Below are positions 23,638 to 35,913 of a DNA stretch of 64,000 nucleotides, piece by piece. Position 1 is the first letter of the stretch, and every line of letters begins with the position of its first letter. Source of the DNA: Balanoglossus misakiensis (taxonomy: Eukaryota; Animalia; Hemichordata); the NCBI GenBank assembly GCA_040954595.2, contig CM082580.2, forward strand, positions 1,416,783-1,480,782, read 5' to 3'. Both the position numbers and the translations under genes were made by a program. The notes under the pieces were generated by a model that was not told where the DNA came from, did no database searches, and worked only from the letters and a program-made list of their open reading frames with translations.

Positions 23638-25713
23638 TAGTGTCATACCTTTCACTTTGTACTGGCTGTGATGGGCCTTCTGTAGATTCCATAGGTTTCT
23701 CTTGTGATGATTCTCCTATCTCCTGAACATCTATCTCTGCAATTCCAGAGATGGAAGAAACCCTGTACAAAGAAAAAAAAGACTAAAATTTGATACATGA
23801 CAAACTAGGTCTGCACAAACGTTGTAGGTTCCAGTTCCCCCTAATCCCCCAACCAGTAAGCAGTGAAAAACCTATGTTTGCTGGATTAAAACCATAGACG
23901 TGAATGTCTTGGTCAACACACTGAATAAATTGTATAGGATGATTTTGGTTGTTTATTGGAGGGCAAATGTCAGGTATACTTCGCCATTGTTATGTTGATT
24001 ATTGTCACCTGAGAGTTTGAGCAGAGGCTTTTCCTCATACTACAGATTGTGGCTAGAAGCATTGAAATTATCATGTAATGTAAAAAAACAGTGCTTAAAC
24101 ACCTACCTGACTGATGATATTTCTGATGCAACTAATTCTTCTAAATTTTTTTCGATATCACAAAGATGGCCATTTCCTGGCGTTGATGTCATAGGAAAAG
24201 TTTGGGTGGCTTGTCCTTGATCATCACGTTGCCTATAAATTTTAAGAAACAAATATATACTTTTAGGTATTCCCATCTATCACACAGATAACTATGTGGA
24301 ATGCAACATTTCATTGTTTCATTTCTATAAATTATATTACGGACACAATTACTTTTCATGAGCCATAAAAACATGTCACCTCTTTAAAACAATATACATC
24401 ATGTATACTGCAAGAGCCCCATCAAATATGAAAATCTATTGTGTACTATACAAAGCTCAAAGTATCATGATCAAAATTTATTTGGTACCTAGTTTCCATA
24501 GACGGTGCAAATACTTGCAGTGTTTCTTGGCCACTTGGAGATGATGCAGGCCTGGTAAATTCTGCATCTGTTGTTGCTGTAACTTGATGTTCATAATACC
24601 TGTCCACACAAATAATAAGACACAATGAACCTTTTTTGCCTTTACAATGGCTTGTTTACGTAGCCAATTTCTGTCTTTAGAAGGGATTACACACAGCCAT
24701 AATTTGCCTCAGAGGACAGGTTACAGACACGTAAGGTGAGAATAAGATAACTACGAGAAAATAGCCAAATTTTTCTTCAGTTCATATACAGCTCAAGAAA
24801 TGTACACAACTGGCTATAACAAAACGGAAGTTGTAGCAGAACAAAGAACAACCAAATTCCGCTAAAAGCATATTGTCTCGTATGTTCGATAACAGTAATA
24901 CATGTAGATTGTCCGGAGGAAAAAAAAGAAAAAAAAAAAAATTGCAGTACCGTACAATTTATCTCGCATAGTCATACATTGATACAAACGGTCCAGCGTA
25001 CTACATACAACTGCTGGTCGAGGGCGAGGTATGCGCTGGGCAAAATCACTAAGTGAAATACAACTTGAAACAGCACATTTAGAATTACATTGAGATGATG
25101 CTCGCAGTGATTCTGTGAGACACAGATTCTAAATTCATGTACACAATTCATGCCGTATCTTTGGCTATGGAGTACGTACACAGTGAATGCACGAATATGT
25201 ACTTACCGGTCGATCAGTACCTTTGCGACCTGGCGGTTCGTTTCCAATACCAAGGAGCGTTTGATTTCATTCCAACGATGAATTTCCGAGAAAATGTTTA
25301 TCTGACCTACTTGTTTCAGCAATTGTTTACGTTTTTTTGCCGAAGCAGTGGTTTGTGGGCGGCCACGAGCACGTTTACGTTTACCACTGCTACTGGGAAC
25401 AGACGCCAAAGCATCCGCCATGACTGTCGCTACAGCTATAATTATATGTATGACGTTTCATTTTGTGTATATACCCTTGCACATGCGCACATTGGTAATG
25501 ATCGAAGCCCGGCCCGCGTCCGCGCTCGAATAAATGGTAAAGAACGATTATTCATTTTGGTGATTTTTTTACTCTCGTGTCTACAAGCGGGATGGAACTT
25601 GTGTGTGGTCGAACGTTGATTCACTATATATCAACATTTAAAATAACATACACAGTGTCTTGAATGAATCAAAAGTAATGGAAAAAAGGCAAAAAGAGAG
25701 AGACTTTGTCCCT

Positions 25714-27410
25714 TTAAGTCAAAGGCTGATATTTCTCACTGTGTGTGACCAGGGTATCATTTTAAACACAGACTGGACTTTGACTACTGTGTCCAATGGA
25801 AAAAATACATCAGCATCTATGTCTGCAAAAAGGTGTCAAAACTGACATATCTTATCATGTATGTCATCAAACTCAAAGGATAATATCTTCATTTCATGTG
25901 ACCTGCCTGGTTAAAGTTTACCGCCAACATTTCACCATGCTTTACCCACCCATGGCACAGTGTGTCAAATCCAATATTTGTTCGATGAATGAACCATGAA
26001 AGTTTCCGAATTGGTACTACCCGAAAACTGCATGGCAAGCTAAATTTGGAATTTGGATGGGGTGGGGAGGTAAAGCTAACCTAACGTACAGTCGTTTAGA
26101 TTTAACATTATGCCTGTGAGTTACATGTTAATATTTTCTGCATGTCTGTCGCGTACAATGCGTCGGTGCGGAAAAATGATCACAGGTACTATTCAGAAGA
26201 ATTCCGCTGAATCATGGTGACGATGTGCATGGAAAAATCCTGATTATGATCTAACTGATAAACAATAGCATGATATTAATAAAATATACACATTAACCAA
26301 TGAATGAACCATCGTGAAGATTGTGCCCCAACACTTATTTAAGCTTTTATCATTATTATACCTTTGTCATTACTAAATATATCAACAGCCCTGTACACCA
26401 AAGCTATCACCACATTTGTTAACCTTTATTACACCATTCATATGAAACCCTTCACCATCATCAACCTCTATTATATTCATTGTTTTGGCCCATTATAATC
26501 TGTGTACCCTCAATTTTACCACAAACCATCACCACATTAGTTAACTGTTTATTAAACACTTCCACATGTGTTGCCCATTATTATACCATTGAAATTTATA
26601 AATCGATCATCATACCTATCATACAAGCAATTGCTGATTGCTGTTAACCCTTGTGTACCACAAGCCATTATCATGAAATAGGCAACATGAATTTCACATA
26701 ACACAGTTTGTCAGCTCTGAGAATATTGTTCTCAGGACCATGTCCCACGCTTAATAAAAGTGTTGTGTATGTGGTACAGTTTAGATTCCTTGTCAGATTT
26801 CCCATAACACAGTTCGTGAGCCCCGAAAAGTACCATAACACAATTCTCATGAACATTTCCCATGATCAATAAAAGTGTTGTGTGTAGCATAGTCATTTTT
26901 CCGTTTGCTGTGACATTTGTCTCCGTGTGAGAGTTTAAGTAAATGTGGAAACACGCAAATTAGGCAACATCAATATCCCGTACAGAATTCAGTGTGTTTT
27001 GTTCGCATTTTTGGTTGCCATTTTGAAAATGAACAAAGGACTTTCCATTGACCAACACCCGTATGAATACGTCCAAATTACCCAACTTTAATATTCCTTA
27101 AATAATTGGTCAGCTGTGCAAATATTTTTCACCTGACCACTTCCTTTGCTAAGCAAGAGTGTTTTTTATGTAATAATATTAATATAATATTTATAACGTA
27201 TGTAGCACATTAAATCTCAATGTGCTTTAAAGTTGTCCCATGGTCATTTGATTTAGGTCGTTGGACATAAATATTCCATTCAACTCCCTGGGGAGCAAAC
27301 AACATCTCACCATCTTTAGAAATGTCAAATTACAGTGCTTTTGGCCACGTATTAACCTGGGGATTTACAGTTAACTTTAAATACACATGCATATGCATTT
27401 AATCCCCATG
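25714..27410 (+). repeat. ~1.7-kb duplicated segment, copy 2
   Basis: Matches 11614-13470 but lacks about one internal unit (~12620-12785). Confidence 0.9.
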
Positions 27411-27472
27411 TGACTATAAAACAGTTTGTAAATGTGAATATGTCCACATTACACAACTTGAATTTTACTTAA

Positions 27473-27803
27473 AGGGACAAAGTGTCTCTCTCGCTGCCCT
27501 TTTTACCATTAATTATGTTTGATACAAGACATCGTTTATGTTGGCTGTATAGTGAATCAATGTTCGACCAAACACAACTTCCACCCCACTTGTACACACA
27601 AGAATGAAAAAACTCGCCAAAATGAATAATCGGTGTTTACCATTTATTCATTTTTGCGAGATTTTTACTCTCAGATTCTACAAACGGGATGAAAGTTGTT
27701 GGTTGAATGTTGATTCACTATATAGCCACATGTAGAATAACATAAATGGGTTCATGTATCAAACTTAATTGAACAATGGTGGCGAAAGAGAGACTTTGCC
27801 CCT
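27473..27803. mobile_element. Palindromic TTAA MITE (non-autonomous Kolobok-like)
   Basis: TTAA|AGGGACAAAG...CTTTGCCCCT|TTAA. Empty paralogous sites (CCTTAAAgaattggtcagc-like) occur at ~9065, 13167, 27097 and 29100. Confidence 0.85.
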
Positions 27804-27889
27804 TTAAACAATTGGTCAGCTCTGCGAATATAGTTCACCTGACCACTTCCTTTGCTAAGTAAGAGTGTTGTTTATGTAATGATATCAAT

Positions 27890-28217
27890 ATAATATTTAT
27901 TACTTATATAGCACATTACACAATAAATCTCAATGTGCTGCTTCAAAGTGTTTCCCATGGTAATTTGACCTAGGTCGGTGGACCTAAAATATTCCATCCC
28001 ACTCCATGGGGAGCAAACAACAGCTCACATGTGCAGCTTTTATATCAGCACAGCAGACCTAAACATACTCATTACAATATCGGATCCACCAAATTACCTT
28101 TTCTTATGGGCGGGGAGAGGCAAGGAGATGTAAACACCACAACACCACAACCATGCCAGGGATCAAACCCTTGATTCTTTGATTATGGGTCTGATGCTCT
28201 AACGACTGGACTATGAC
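27890..28217 (-). mobile_element. tRNA-derived SINE, second copy
   Basis: Colinear with 9805-10149, with a small internal deletion. Confidence 0.75.
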
Positions 28218-28299
28218 TTTATGTGGCACAATGACCTTTCCATTTAGTGCCTTGTTCAGCTCTCAGTCAGGGTTTAAGCAAATATGGAAACATGCATAT

Positions 28300-29178
28300 T
28301 AGGCTCTTTGAATTTCCAAAAATTCAGTGTGTCAGCTCCCATTTCCCAAGACCAGTTCCCGTGCTAAATAAAAGTGCTGTGTGTGGCATAATCATTTTTC
28401 CGTCTGCTGTGACATTTGTCTCCCTGTGAGAGTTTAAGTAAATGTGGAGACACGCAAATTAGGCAATCCCATATATCCCATACATAATTCAGTGTGTTTT
28501 GTTCACATTTTTGGTTTTTATTTTGAAAATGAACAAAGGAGTTTCCTATCATTGAGCAACTCACTCCATTAACAGTTGCTCGATATGCAGGCTAACTTGC
28601 TAGATCACTAAAGACTTAAAGCATGTTGAGGTTGGTGCCCCAAACCCTCTTGAAGACAACTGGTTGCTAACGATTGCCAATTAGGCAATTTGGATATTCT
28701 ACACATAACACAGTTTGTCAACTTTGAGAATACTGTTCTCAATACTATTTCCCATGCTTAATAGAAGTGTTGAGTAACAGTATGTGGTAGAATGGCATTC
28801 CTATACGTTGCCTTCTTTTGCTCATTATCACGGTTTCAGTAAATTTAGAGACACGCAAGTTTAGCAGCTTGAATTTTTCATAACACAGTTTTGAGCTCCG
28901 AGAACACAGTTCTCATGAACATTTCCCATGCTCCATAAAAGTGTTGTGTATGTCTTACAATGATCTTTCCATACGCTGCCTTGTATAGCTGCTGTTAATA
29001 ATTCAAGTTAATGTGGAGACGTATTAGGCAACATCAACGTCCCATACATAACACAGTTTGTAGGTATGAATACATCCAAAATACCCAACTTTAATTTTCC
29101 TTAAAGAATTGGTCAGCTCTGCAAATATATTTCACCTGACCACTTCCTTAGCTAAGTAAGAGTGTTGTTTATGTAATA
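28300..29178 (+). repeat. Old diverged tandem repeat (~170-190-bp units)
   Basis: Recurrent CATAACACAGTTTG.CA.CT.TGAGAA...TTTCCCATGCT.AATAAAAGTGTTG motif. Also present at 12580-13100 and 26680-27000. Confidence 0.65.
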
Positions 29179-29815
29179 TTATCATACATGCAACGCCTGT
29201 ATTTAACACTTTCTATTGTTCTCGCCCCGAAGATATTTTACGGTATTTCACAATGTGAAAATATCGCGTCCACGTCTCGGCGTGACAGTTCACTGCGCGC
29301 GCGAGCGACACACGGGGCATAGTGGAGAGGGGTGTTGTAAAATTCGGTTATTAGAAGCTGTAATAAAGTTTTCAAAGCTGGCGGTTTTGTCATGTTGAAT
29401 GCATCATTTTTAGTTCTTCGAAATTCTCAATGCAAAATAATTGTTAACATGATATTTTGAAAGAGAACGTAGACAATTTTATTTAGAATGTGGATGTGCC
29501 CATCGTAATGAAAGCTGCCAACCCCCTTAAAATGATACTACGGCCCACACGTCATACGTCACAACATGGCTACTGCCGTGATCCCAGCGCCCGGTTCAAA
29601 TTTGAAATTATTTTTCTCGGCGCATTTCTGCAAATCGTACTGTTTTATAGGTAGGCATGTATGATAAAGAGGTTATTACACGAATTTTGGTCGATAACGC
29701 GACGCATTCTCGTGATGTCTGTATTTTGACTCGTTGCGAAGCGCAACTCATCAAAATACGGACATCACTCGAATACGACGCGTTATCGACCAAAATTCGT
29801 GTAATAACCCCTAAA
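29179..29815. mobile_element. Hairpin-terminated non-autonomous element (possibly Crypton-like)
   Basis: TTATCATACATGC (29179) is inverted with GCATGTATGATAA (29655), followed by a ~139-bp palindrome at 29671-29809 with a GCGAAGC apex. It is flanked by AATATTA repeats and is absent from the paralogous site at ~13240-13260. Confidence 0.7.
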
Positions 29816-29949
29816 TATTAATATAATATTTATAACTTATGTAGCACATTAAATCTCAACATGCTTTAAAGTTGTCCCATGGTAATTTGACCTAGGTCGT
29901 TGGACCTTACTATTCCATTCAACTCCCTGGGGAGCAAACAACATCTCAC

Positions 29950-31906
29950 CATCATTAGAAATGTCAAATTACAGTGCTTTTGGCCACGTATTAACCTGGG
30001 GATTTACAATCAACTTTAAATCCACATATGCACCATATTCCAATGTCAATGTGAAGGGCTTGAAATACCATTTACCCTGATGCATCATCAAGTTTGTTTC
30101 GACAACTTTAAATCCCCTTCAGCAAGCATTTTATACCCATGTCAAAGTGCAGAGCTTGCATCACCATCTATCCTGATGCATCATCAAGCTGCTTCGCCAT
30201 TTGCCCTGATGCAAAGAATCAGATATAGTGTCACCATTGCATTAGCAATGTCAAATTACAGTGCTTTTGGCCAGGTATTAACCTGGGGATTTACAATCAA
30301 CTTTAAATCCCCATATGCACTATATTCCAATGTCAATGTGAAGGGCTTGAAATACCATCTACCCTGATGCATCATCAAGTTTGTTTCGACAACTTTAAAT
30401 CCCCCTCAGCAAGCATTTTATACCCATGTCAAAGTGCAGAGCTTGCATCACCATCTATCCTGATGCATCATCAAGCTGCTTCGCCATTTGCCCTGATGCA
30501 AAGAATCAGATATAGTGTCACCATTGCATTAGCAATGTCAAATTACACTGCTTTTGGCCATGTATTAACATCGGGATTTATAATCAACTTGAAATCCCCA
30601 TATGCTTTTTATACCCATGTCAAAGCGAAGTGTTTGCATCACTATCTACAGTAATGCATCGTCAAGCATGCTTCGCCATTTGCCGTAATGCAAAGAATCA
30701 GATTCAATGTCACCATTGCATTCGCAATGTCAAATTACTGTGCTTTTGGCCACATATTAACCTGGCGATTTACAGTCAACTTTAAACATCAGTGCATATG
30801 CATTAAATACACATGTCAAAGTGCAGTGTCTCCATCACCATTGATCCTGATGCATCATCAAGCATGCTTCGTTATATGCCCTGGTGCAAAGAATCAGATT
30901 TAGTATCACAGTAGCATTAGCCATGTCAAATTACAGTGCTTTTGGCTATGTATTAACCTAGGGATTTACACTCAACTTTAAATCCCCATATGCATTATAT
31001 GCCAATGTCAATGTGAAGGGCTTGAAATACCATCTACCCTGATGCATCATCAAGTTTGTTTCGCCATTAACCCTGATGCAAATAATCAGTGTCACCATAG
31101 CATTAGCAATGTCAATTTACTGAGCGTTTGGCCATGTATTAACTTGGGGGTTTACAATCAACTTTAAATCCCCATATGCATTATATTGCAATGTTAACTT
31201 GAACGGCTTGAAACACCATCTATACTGATGCATCATCAAGCTTTCTTTACAATTTACCCTGATGCAAAGAATCAGATTTAGTGTCGCCATAGCATTAGCA
31301 ATGGCAAATAAAAGTGTTTTCGGCCACATATTAACCCAGGGATTTAGAATCAACTTGAAATCCCCATATGAATTTTATACCCATGTCAAAGCGAAGTGCT
31401 TGCATCAATATCTACCGTGATGCATCATCGAGCTTGCTTCGCCATTTGCCCTAATGCAAAGAATCAGATTCAATGTCACTGTAGCATTAGCAATGTCAAA
31501 TTACAGTTCGTTTGGCCGTATACTAACCTGGGGATTTACAATCAACTTTAAATCCCCATATGCATTATATTCTAATGTCAATGTGAAGGGCTTGAAACAC
31601 CATCTATCCTGATGCATCATCAAGCTTGCTTCACCATTTTCCCTGATGCAAAGAATCAGATTTAGTGTCACGGTAGCATTAGCAAATCCCCATATGCATT
31701 TAACACCCACGTCAAAGTGAAGTGTTTGCATCCCTATCTACCGTGATGCATCATCAAGCTTGCATCGCCATTTACCCTGATGCAAAGAATCAGATTCAAT
31801 ATCATCGTTGCATTAGCAATGTCAAATTACAGTGCTTATGGCCACGTATTAACCTGGGAATTTACAGACAACTTTAAATACCCATGCATATGCATTAAAT
31901 ACCTAT
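29950..31906 (+). repeat. ~193-bp satellite array, left block
   Basis: Tandem diverged monomers with a 287-bp local duplication (30080/30367). Confidence 0.95.
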
Positions 31907-34900
31907 TAGTCCATGGGCCAGACAGGAATTTGGTATCAGAAAGATGGACAAAGCCTCACATGGTTTTTTGGAAAGGCCTATATCTCTAGATTATAAATTG
32001 GGGTGATAGCCCTGCCTATCGAGTAGCTTTCTGCATTTTTTCCCTCAAAAACTAATGTAAGAACATAAAAATTTCCGACCCAAATTTTGGGGGTAGGGGA
32101 ACTTTAAATTGCTGTATCTCCAGCAAAACTAAAGCCAGAACAGTCATTTACCACTCAAATTGTGTGTTTTTTAGAACTCTACCAATATAATATATTTTGG
32201 TGGTAATTCGTTTTGAATTGAGGTCAATAGAGGTCAAAAGGTCATGAAATTTGGGTCATTCTGAAAATTTGTAGTATGACTATTTCTTGAACGATTTTTT
32301 TGAACTTAAGTCTTCAAATGTCATTTACAAGATAAAATACTCTCCCAGAATCTATTTCAAACCAATAGAAAACCTTATTATTCATTTATGACCAGAAAAA
32401 CACAAATAAAGAGAAACAACAGAAAGACATCCAATTTTCCACTCAGATTTAAGGGTAGGGGAAACTTAAGTTCTTGTAACTCCGGCAAAAATAAACCCAG
32501 AACAGTCATCTACCACTCAAATTGTGTGTTTTTTAGAACTCTGCCAATATAATATATTTTAGTGGTAATTCGTTTTGAATTGAGGTCAATAGAGGTCAAA
32601 AGGTCATGAAATTTGGGTCATTCTGAAAATTTGTAGTATGACTATTTCTTGAACGATTTTTTTGAACTTAAGTCTTCAAATGTCATTTACAAGATAAAAT
32701 ACTCTCCCAGAATCTATTTCAAACCAATAGAAAACCTTATTATTCATTTATGACCAGAAAAACACAAATACAGAGATACGGAAGAATGGCACAAGACTTC
32801 AGACCCTGATATTGGGGTAGGGGAAACTTAAGTAGTTGTAACTCCGGCAAAAATAAAGCCAGAACAGTCATCTACCTCTCAAATTGTGTGGTTTTTTTAG
32901 CACTCTACCGATTGTATATGTATTTGTTGCAATTTTATTTTGAATTTAGGTCAAAGAGGTCAAAAGATCACAAGATTTGGGTAATTTCGAAAAATTATGG
33001 TACGAACATTTCCCGCATTAATTTTTTAAACCCAAGTCTTCAAATAACTTTATGAGATAAAGTACTCTACACGATTTTTTTCAGACCAATTGAAGACCTT
33101 ATTATTCAATTAAAATCAGAAAAAAAAATTAGTAGAGAAACGGGATAATAACAAACAATTCCCACGGATTTTGGGGTAGGTTTGGCCATCTAACAGGTAA
33201 GTATACACCCAACTGATCATGCACATATGGTGTTTAGGAGAACGGATGTGCAGATTTGTGAACCTTTACATGCTGCTCATGTGCACTGTACTTGTATGAT
33301 GATTCCTAACAATACTACGAGAAGGGGCCATTATAGCATTGTAGCTCTGATTGTGTATTATTGTTGGATACCATCCTACAGTGTACAGGCACAGCAGATG
33401 ACAAGCCAAGCAAAGGTTCAAAAATCTGCTTATTTTTTTTTTTCCTCAACACAATATGAGCATGATCTATTTATATTCAGGTCCACTATAATAAATAAAA
33501 ATGGCAAACCCATCTTCTATTCCACACAAGAGGGCTCGACGGGATTGTTTTCTCGACTGTCATGAATCCGACCATAAAGCAAGCCTTGTCACTCTACAAG
33601 ATCACGCCTTCTGGATAACTTTGCTGAATACAGCTAACATACAAAAATACAAACCAATTCAGGACCTCGCCATTGGTTTGGGCGAAGGTGAAATTCCTCA
33701 GGTGCAGTGCCATCGGAAATGCCGAAGTCTCTTTACGATGAAAAAGGCTCTTGAATCTATCCTTTCTAAAGAGCAGTCGTCATCAACTGAGGGAACCAAT
33801 ACACTGGAACGTGAAAAGAGGTCGAGCATACAAGGGTCTCGGGTGTACGATCATATTTGCATATTTTGCTCCACCACCAAGTACATGAAGGGAAGTAGGA
33901 CAAGAGCTCCTTTAGTTCGTTGTCAGCAATTGCGTGCGGACAACACATTAAGGGAGGCAGCAACAAGAAAAAATGACAGTAAAATTCGTGCACTTCTCAG
34001 TCGTGAGTTGGTTGCAACCTCAGTTGATGACGACTGCTCTTTAGAAAGGATAGATTCAAGAGCCTTTTTCATCGTAAAGAGACTTCGGCATTTCCGATGG
34101 TACTGCACCTGAGGAATTTCACCTTCGCCCAAACCAATGGCGAGGTCCTGAATTGGTTTGTATTTTTGTATGTTAGCTGTATTCAGCAAAGTTATCCAGG
34201 AGGCGTGATCTTGTAGAGTAACGAGGCTTGCTTTATGGTCGGATTCATGACAGTCGAGAAAACAATCCCGTCGAGCCCTCTTGTGTGGAATAGAAGATGG
34301 GCTTGCCATTTTATTATTTATTATAGTGGACCTGAATATAAATAGATCATGCTCATATTGTGTTGAGGAAAAAAAATAAGCAGATTTTTGAACCTTTGCT
34401 TGGCTTGTCATCTGCTGTCCCTGTACACTGTAGGATGGTATCCAACAATAATACACAATCAGAGCTACAATGCTATAATGGCCCCTTCTCGTAGTATTGT
34501 TAGGAATCATCATACAAGTACAGTGCACATAAGCAGCATGCAAAGGTTCACAAATCTGCACATCCGTTCTCCTAAACACCATATGTGCATGATCAGTTGG
34601 GTGTATACTTACCTGTTAGATGGCCAAACCTACCCCAAAATCCGTGGGAATTGTTTGTTATTATCCCGTTTCTCTACTAATTTTTTTTCTGATTTTAATT
34701 GAATAATAAGGTCTTCAATTGGTCCGGAAAAAAATGGTATAGAGTATTTTATCTCATAAATGACATTTGAAGACTTGGGTTTAAACAATTAATGCGGGAA
34801 ATGTTCGTACCATAATTTTTCGAAATTACCCAAATCTTGTGATCTTTTGACCTCTTTGACCTAAATTCAGAACAAAATTGCAACAAATACATATACAATC

Positions 34901-35913
34901 CCTAGAGTACTAAAAAAACCACACAATTTGAGAGGTAGATGACTGTTCTGGCCTTATTTTTGCCGGAGTTACAACTACTTAAGTTTCCCCTACCCCAATA
35001 TCAGGGTCTGAAGTCTTGTGCCATTCTTCCGTATCTCTGTATTTGTGTTTTTGTGATCGTAATTGAATAATGGGTTTTTTTTATTGGTTTGAAATAGATT
35101 CTGGGAGAGTATTTTTTCTTCTAAATGACATTTAAAGACTTAAGTTCAAAAAAATCGTTCAAGAAATAGTCATACTACAAATGTTCAGAATGACCCAAAT
35201 TTCATGACCTTTTGACCTCTCTTGGCCTTAATTCAAAACGAATTACCACCAAAATATATTATATTGGTAGAGTTCTAAAAACACACAATTTGAGTGGTAG
35301 ATGACTGTTCTGGGTTTATTTTTGCCGGAGTTACAAGAACTTAAGTTTCCCCTACCCTTAAATCTGAGTGGAAAATTGGATGTCTTTCTGTCGTTTCTCC
35401 TTATTTGTGTTTTTCTGGTCATAAATGAATAATAAGATTTTCTATTGGTTTGAAATACATTCTGGGAGAGTATTTTATCTTGTAAATGACATTTGAAGAC
35501 TTAAGTTCAAAAAAATTGTTCAAGAAATAGTCATACTACAAATTTTCAGAATGACCCAAATTTCATGACCTTTTGACCTCTATTGACCTCAATTCAAAAC
35601 GAATTACCACCAAAATATATTATATTGGTAGAGTTCTAAAAAACACACAATTTGAGTGGTAAATGACTGTTCTGGCTTTAGTTTTGCTGGACATACAGCA
35701 ATTTAAAGTTCCCCTACCCCCAAAATTTGGGTCGGAAATTTTTATGTTCTTACATTAGTTTTTGAAGGAAAAAATGCAGAAAGCTACTCGATAGGCAGGG
35801 CTATCACCCCAATTTATAATCTAGAGATATAGGCCTTTCCAAAAAACCACATGAGGCTTTGTCCATCTTTCTGATACCAATTCATGAAAAATCGGGTCCT
35901 GGCCCATGGACTA
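31907..35913. mobile_element. 4.0-kb foldback element derived from an Academ-type transposon
   Basis: TAT|TAGTCCATGGGCCA...TGGCCCATGGACTA|TAT, a 3-bp TSD relative to the empty monomer AAATACCTATGTCAAAG. Arms are 31907-33792 and 34018-35913, each with three ~361-bp subrepeats. Confidence 0.85.
33501..34017 (+). pseudogene. N-terminal fragment of an Academ-like transposase (inverted partial copy at 34308-34018)
   Basis: Motifs (Y/C)HRKCRSLFT, CIFC and ADNTLREAATRKNDSKIRALLSRELVA. It is cut where the expected AEAxYH motif would follow. Family assignment is from memory plus the TAG termini and 3-bp TSD. Confidence 0.65.

Larger units (their letters stand above)
14277..25421 (-). pseudogene. Multi-exon Kolobok-type DDE transposase, C-terminally truncated
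   Basis: GT-AG exons: 25421-25207, ~24600-24490, ~24232-24105, 23762-23650, ~22775-22722, ~22445-22347, ~22190-21809, 21524-21242 (CSAGH..WCSQP..ILLSGNN), 20953-20717 (GDGRMDSPGFCAQYCTY..MEK..VVTDAH), 19746-19670 (HSHDIWHAAK) and 14381-14277 (WVTHIVNHFWYC). There is one frameshift at A8 21926-21933. N-terminal exon borders are approximate. Confidence 0.8.
14013..25713 (-). mobile_element. Truncated Kolobok-type DNA transposon with nested insertions
   Basis: Terminus ...GAGACTTTGTCCCT|TTAA at 25713, with a paralogous site lacking the element at 11614. A spliced transposase starts 292 bp inside. The other end is lost at the satellite junction near 14012. Confidence 0.75.

Noticed and set aside
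33923-34582. 219-aa gene, and the ORF at 33227-33565
   Set aside because: They are products of the foldback: upstream sequence plus a transposase fragment fused to antisense spacer.
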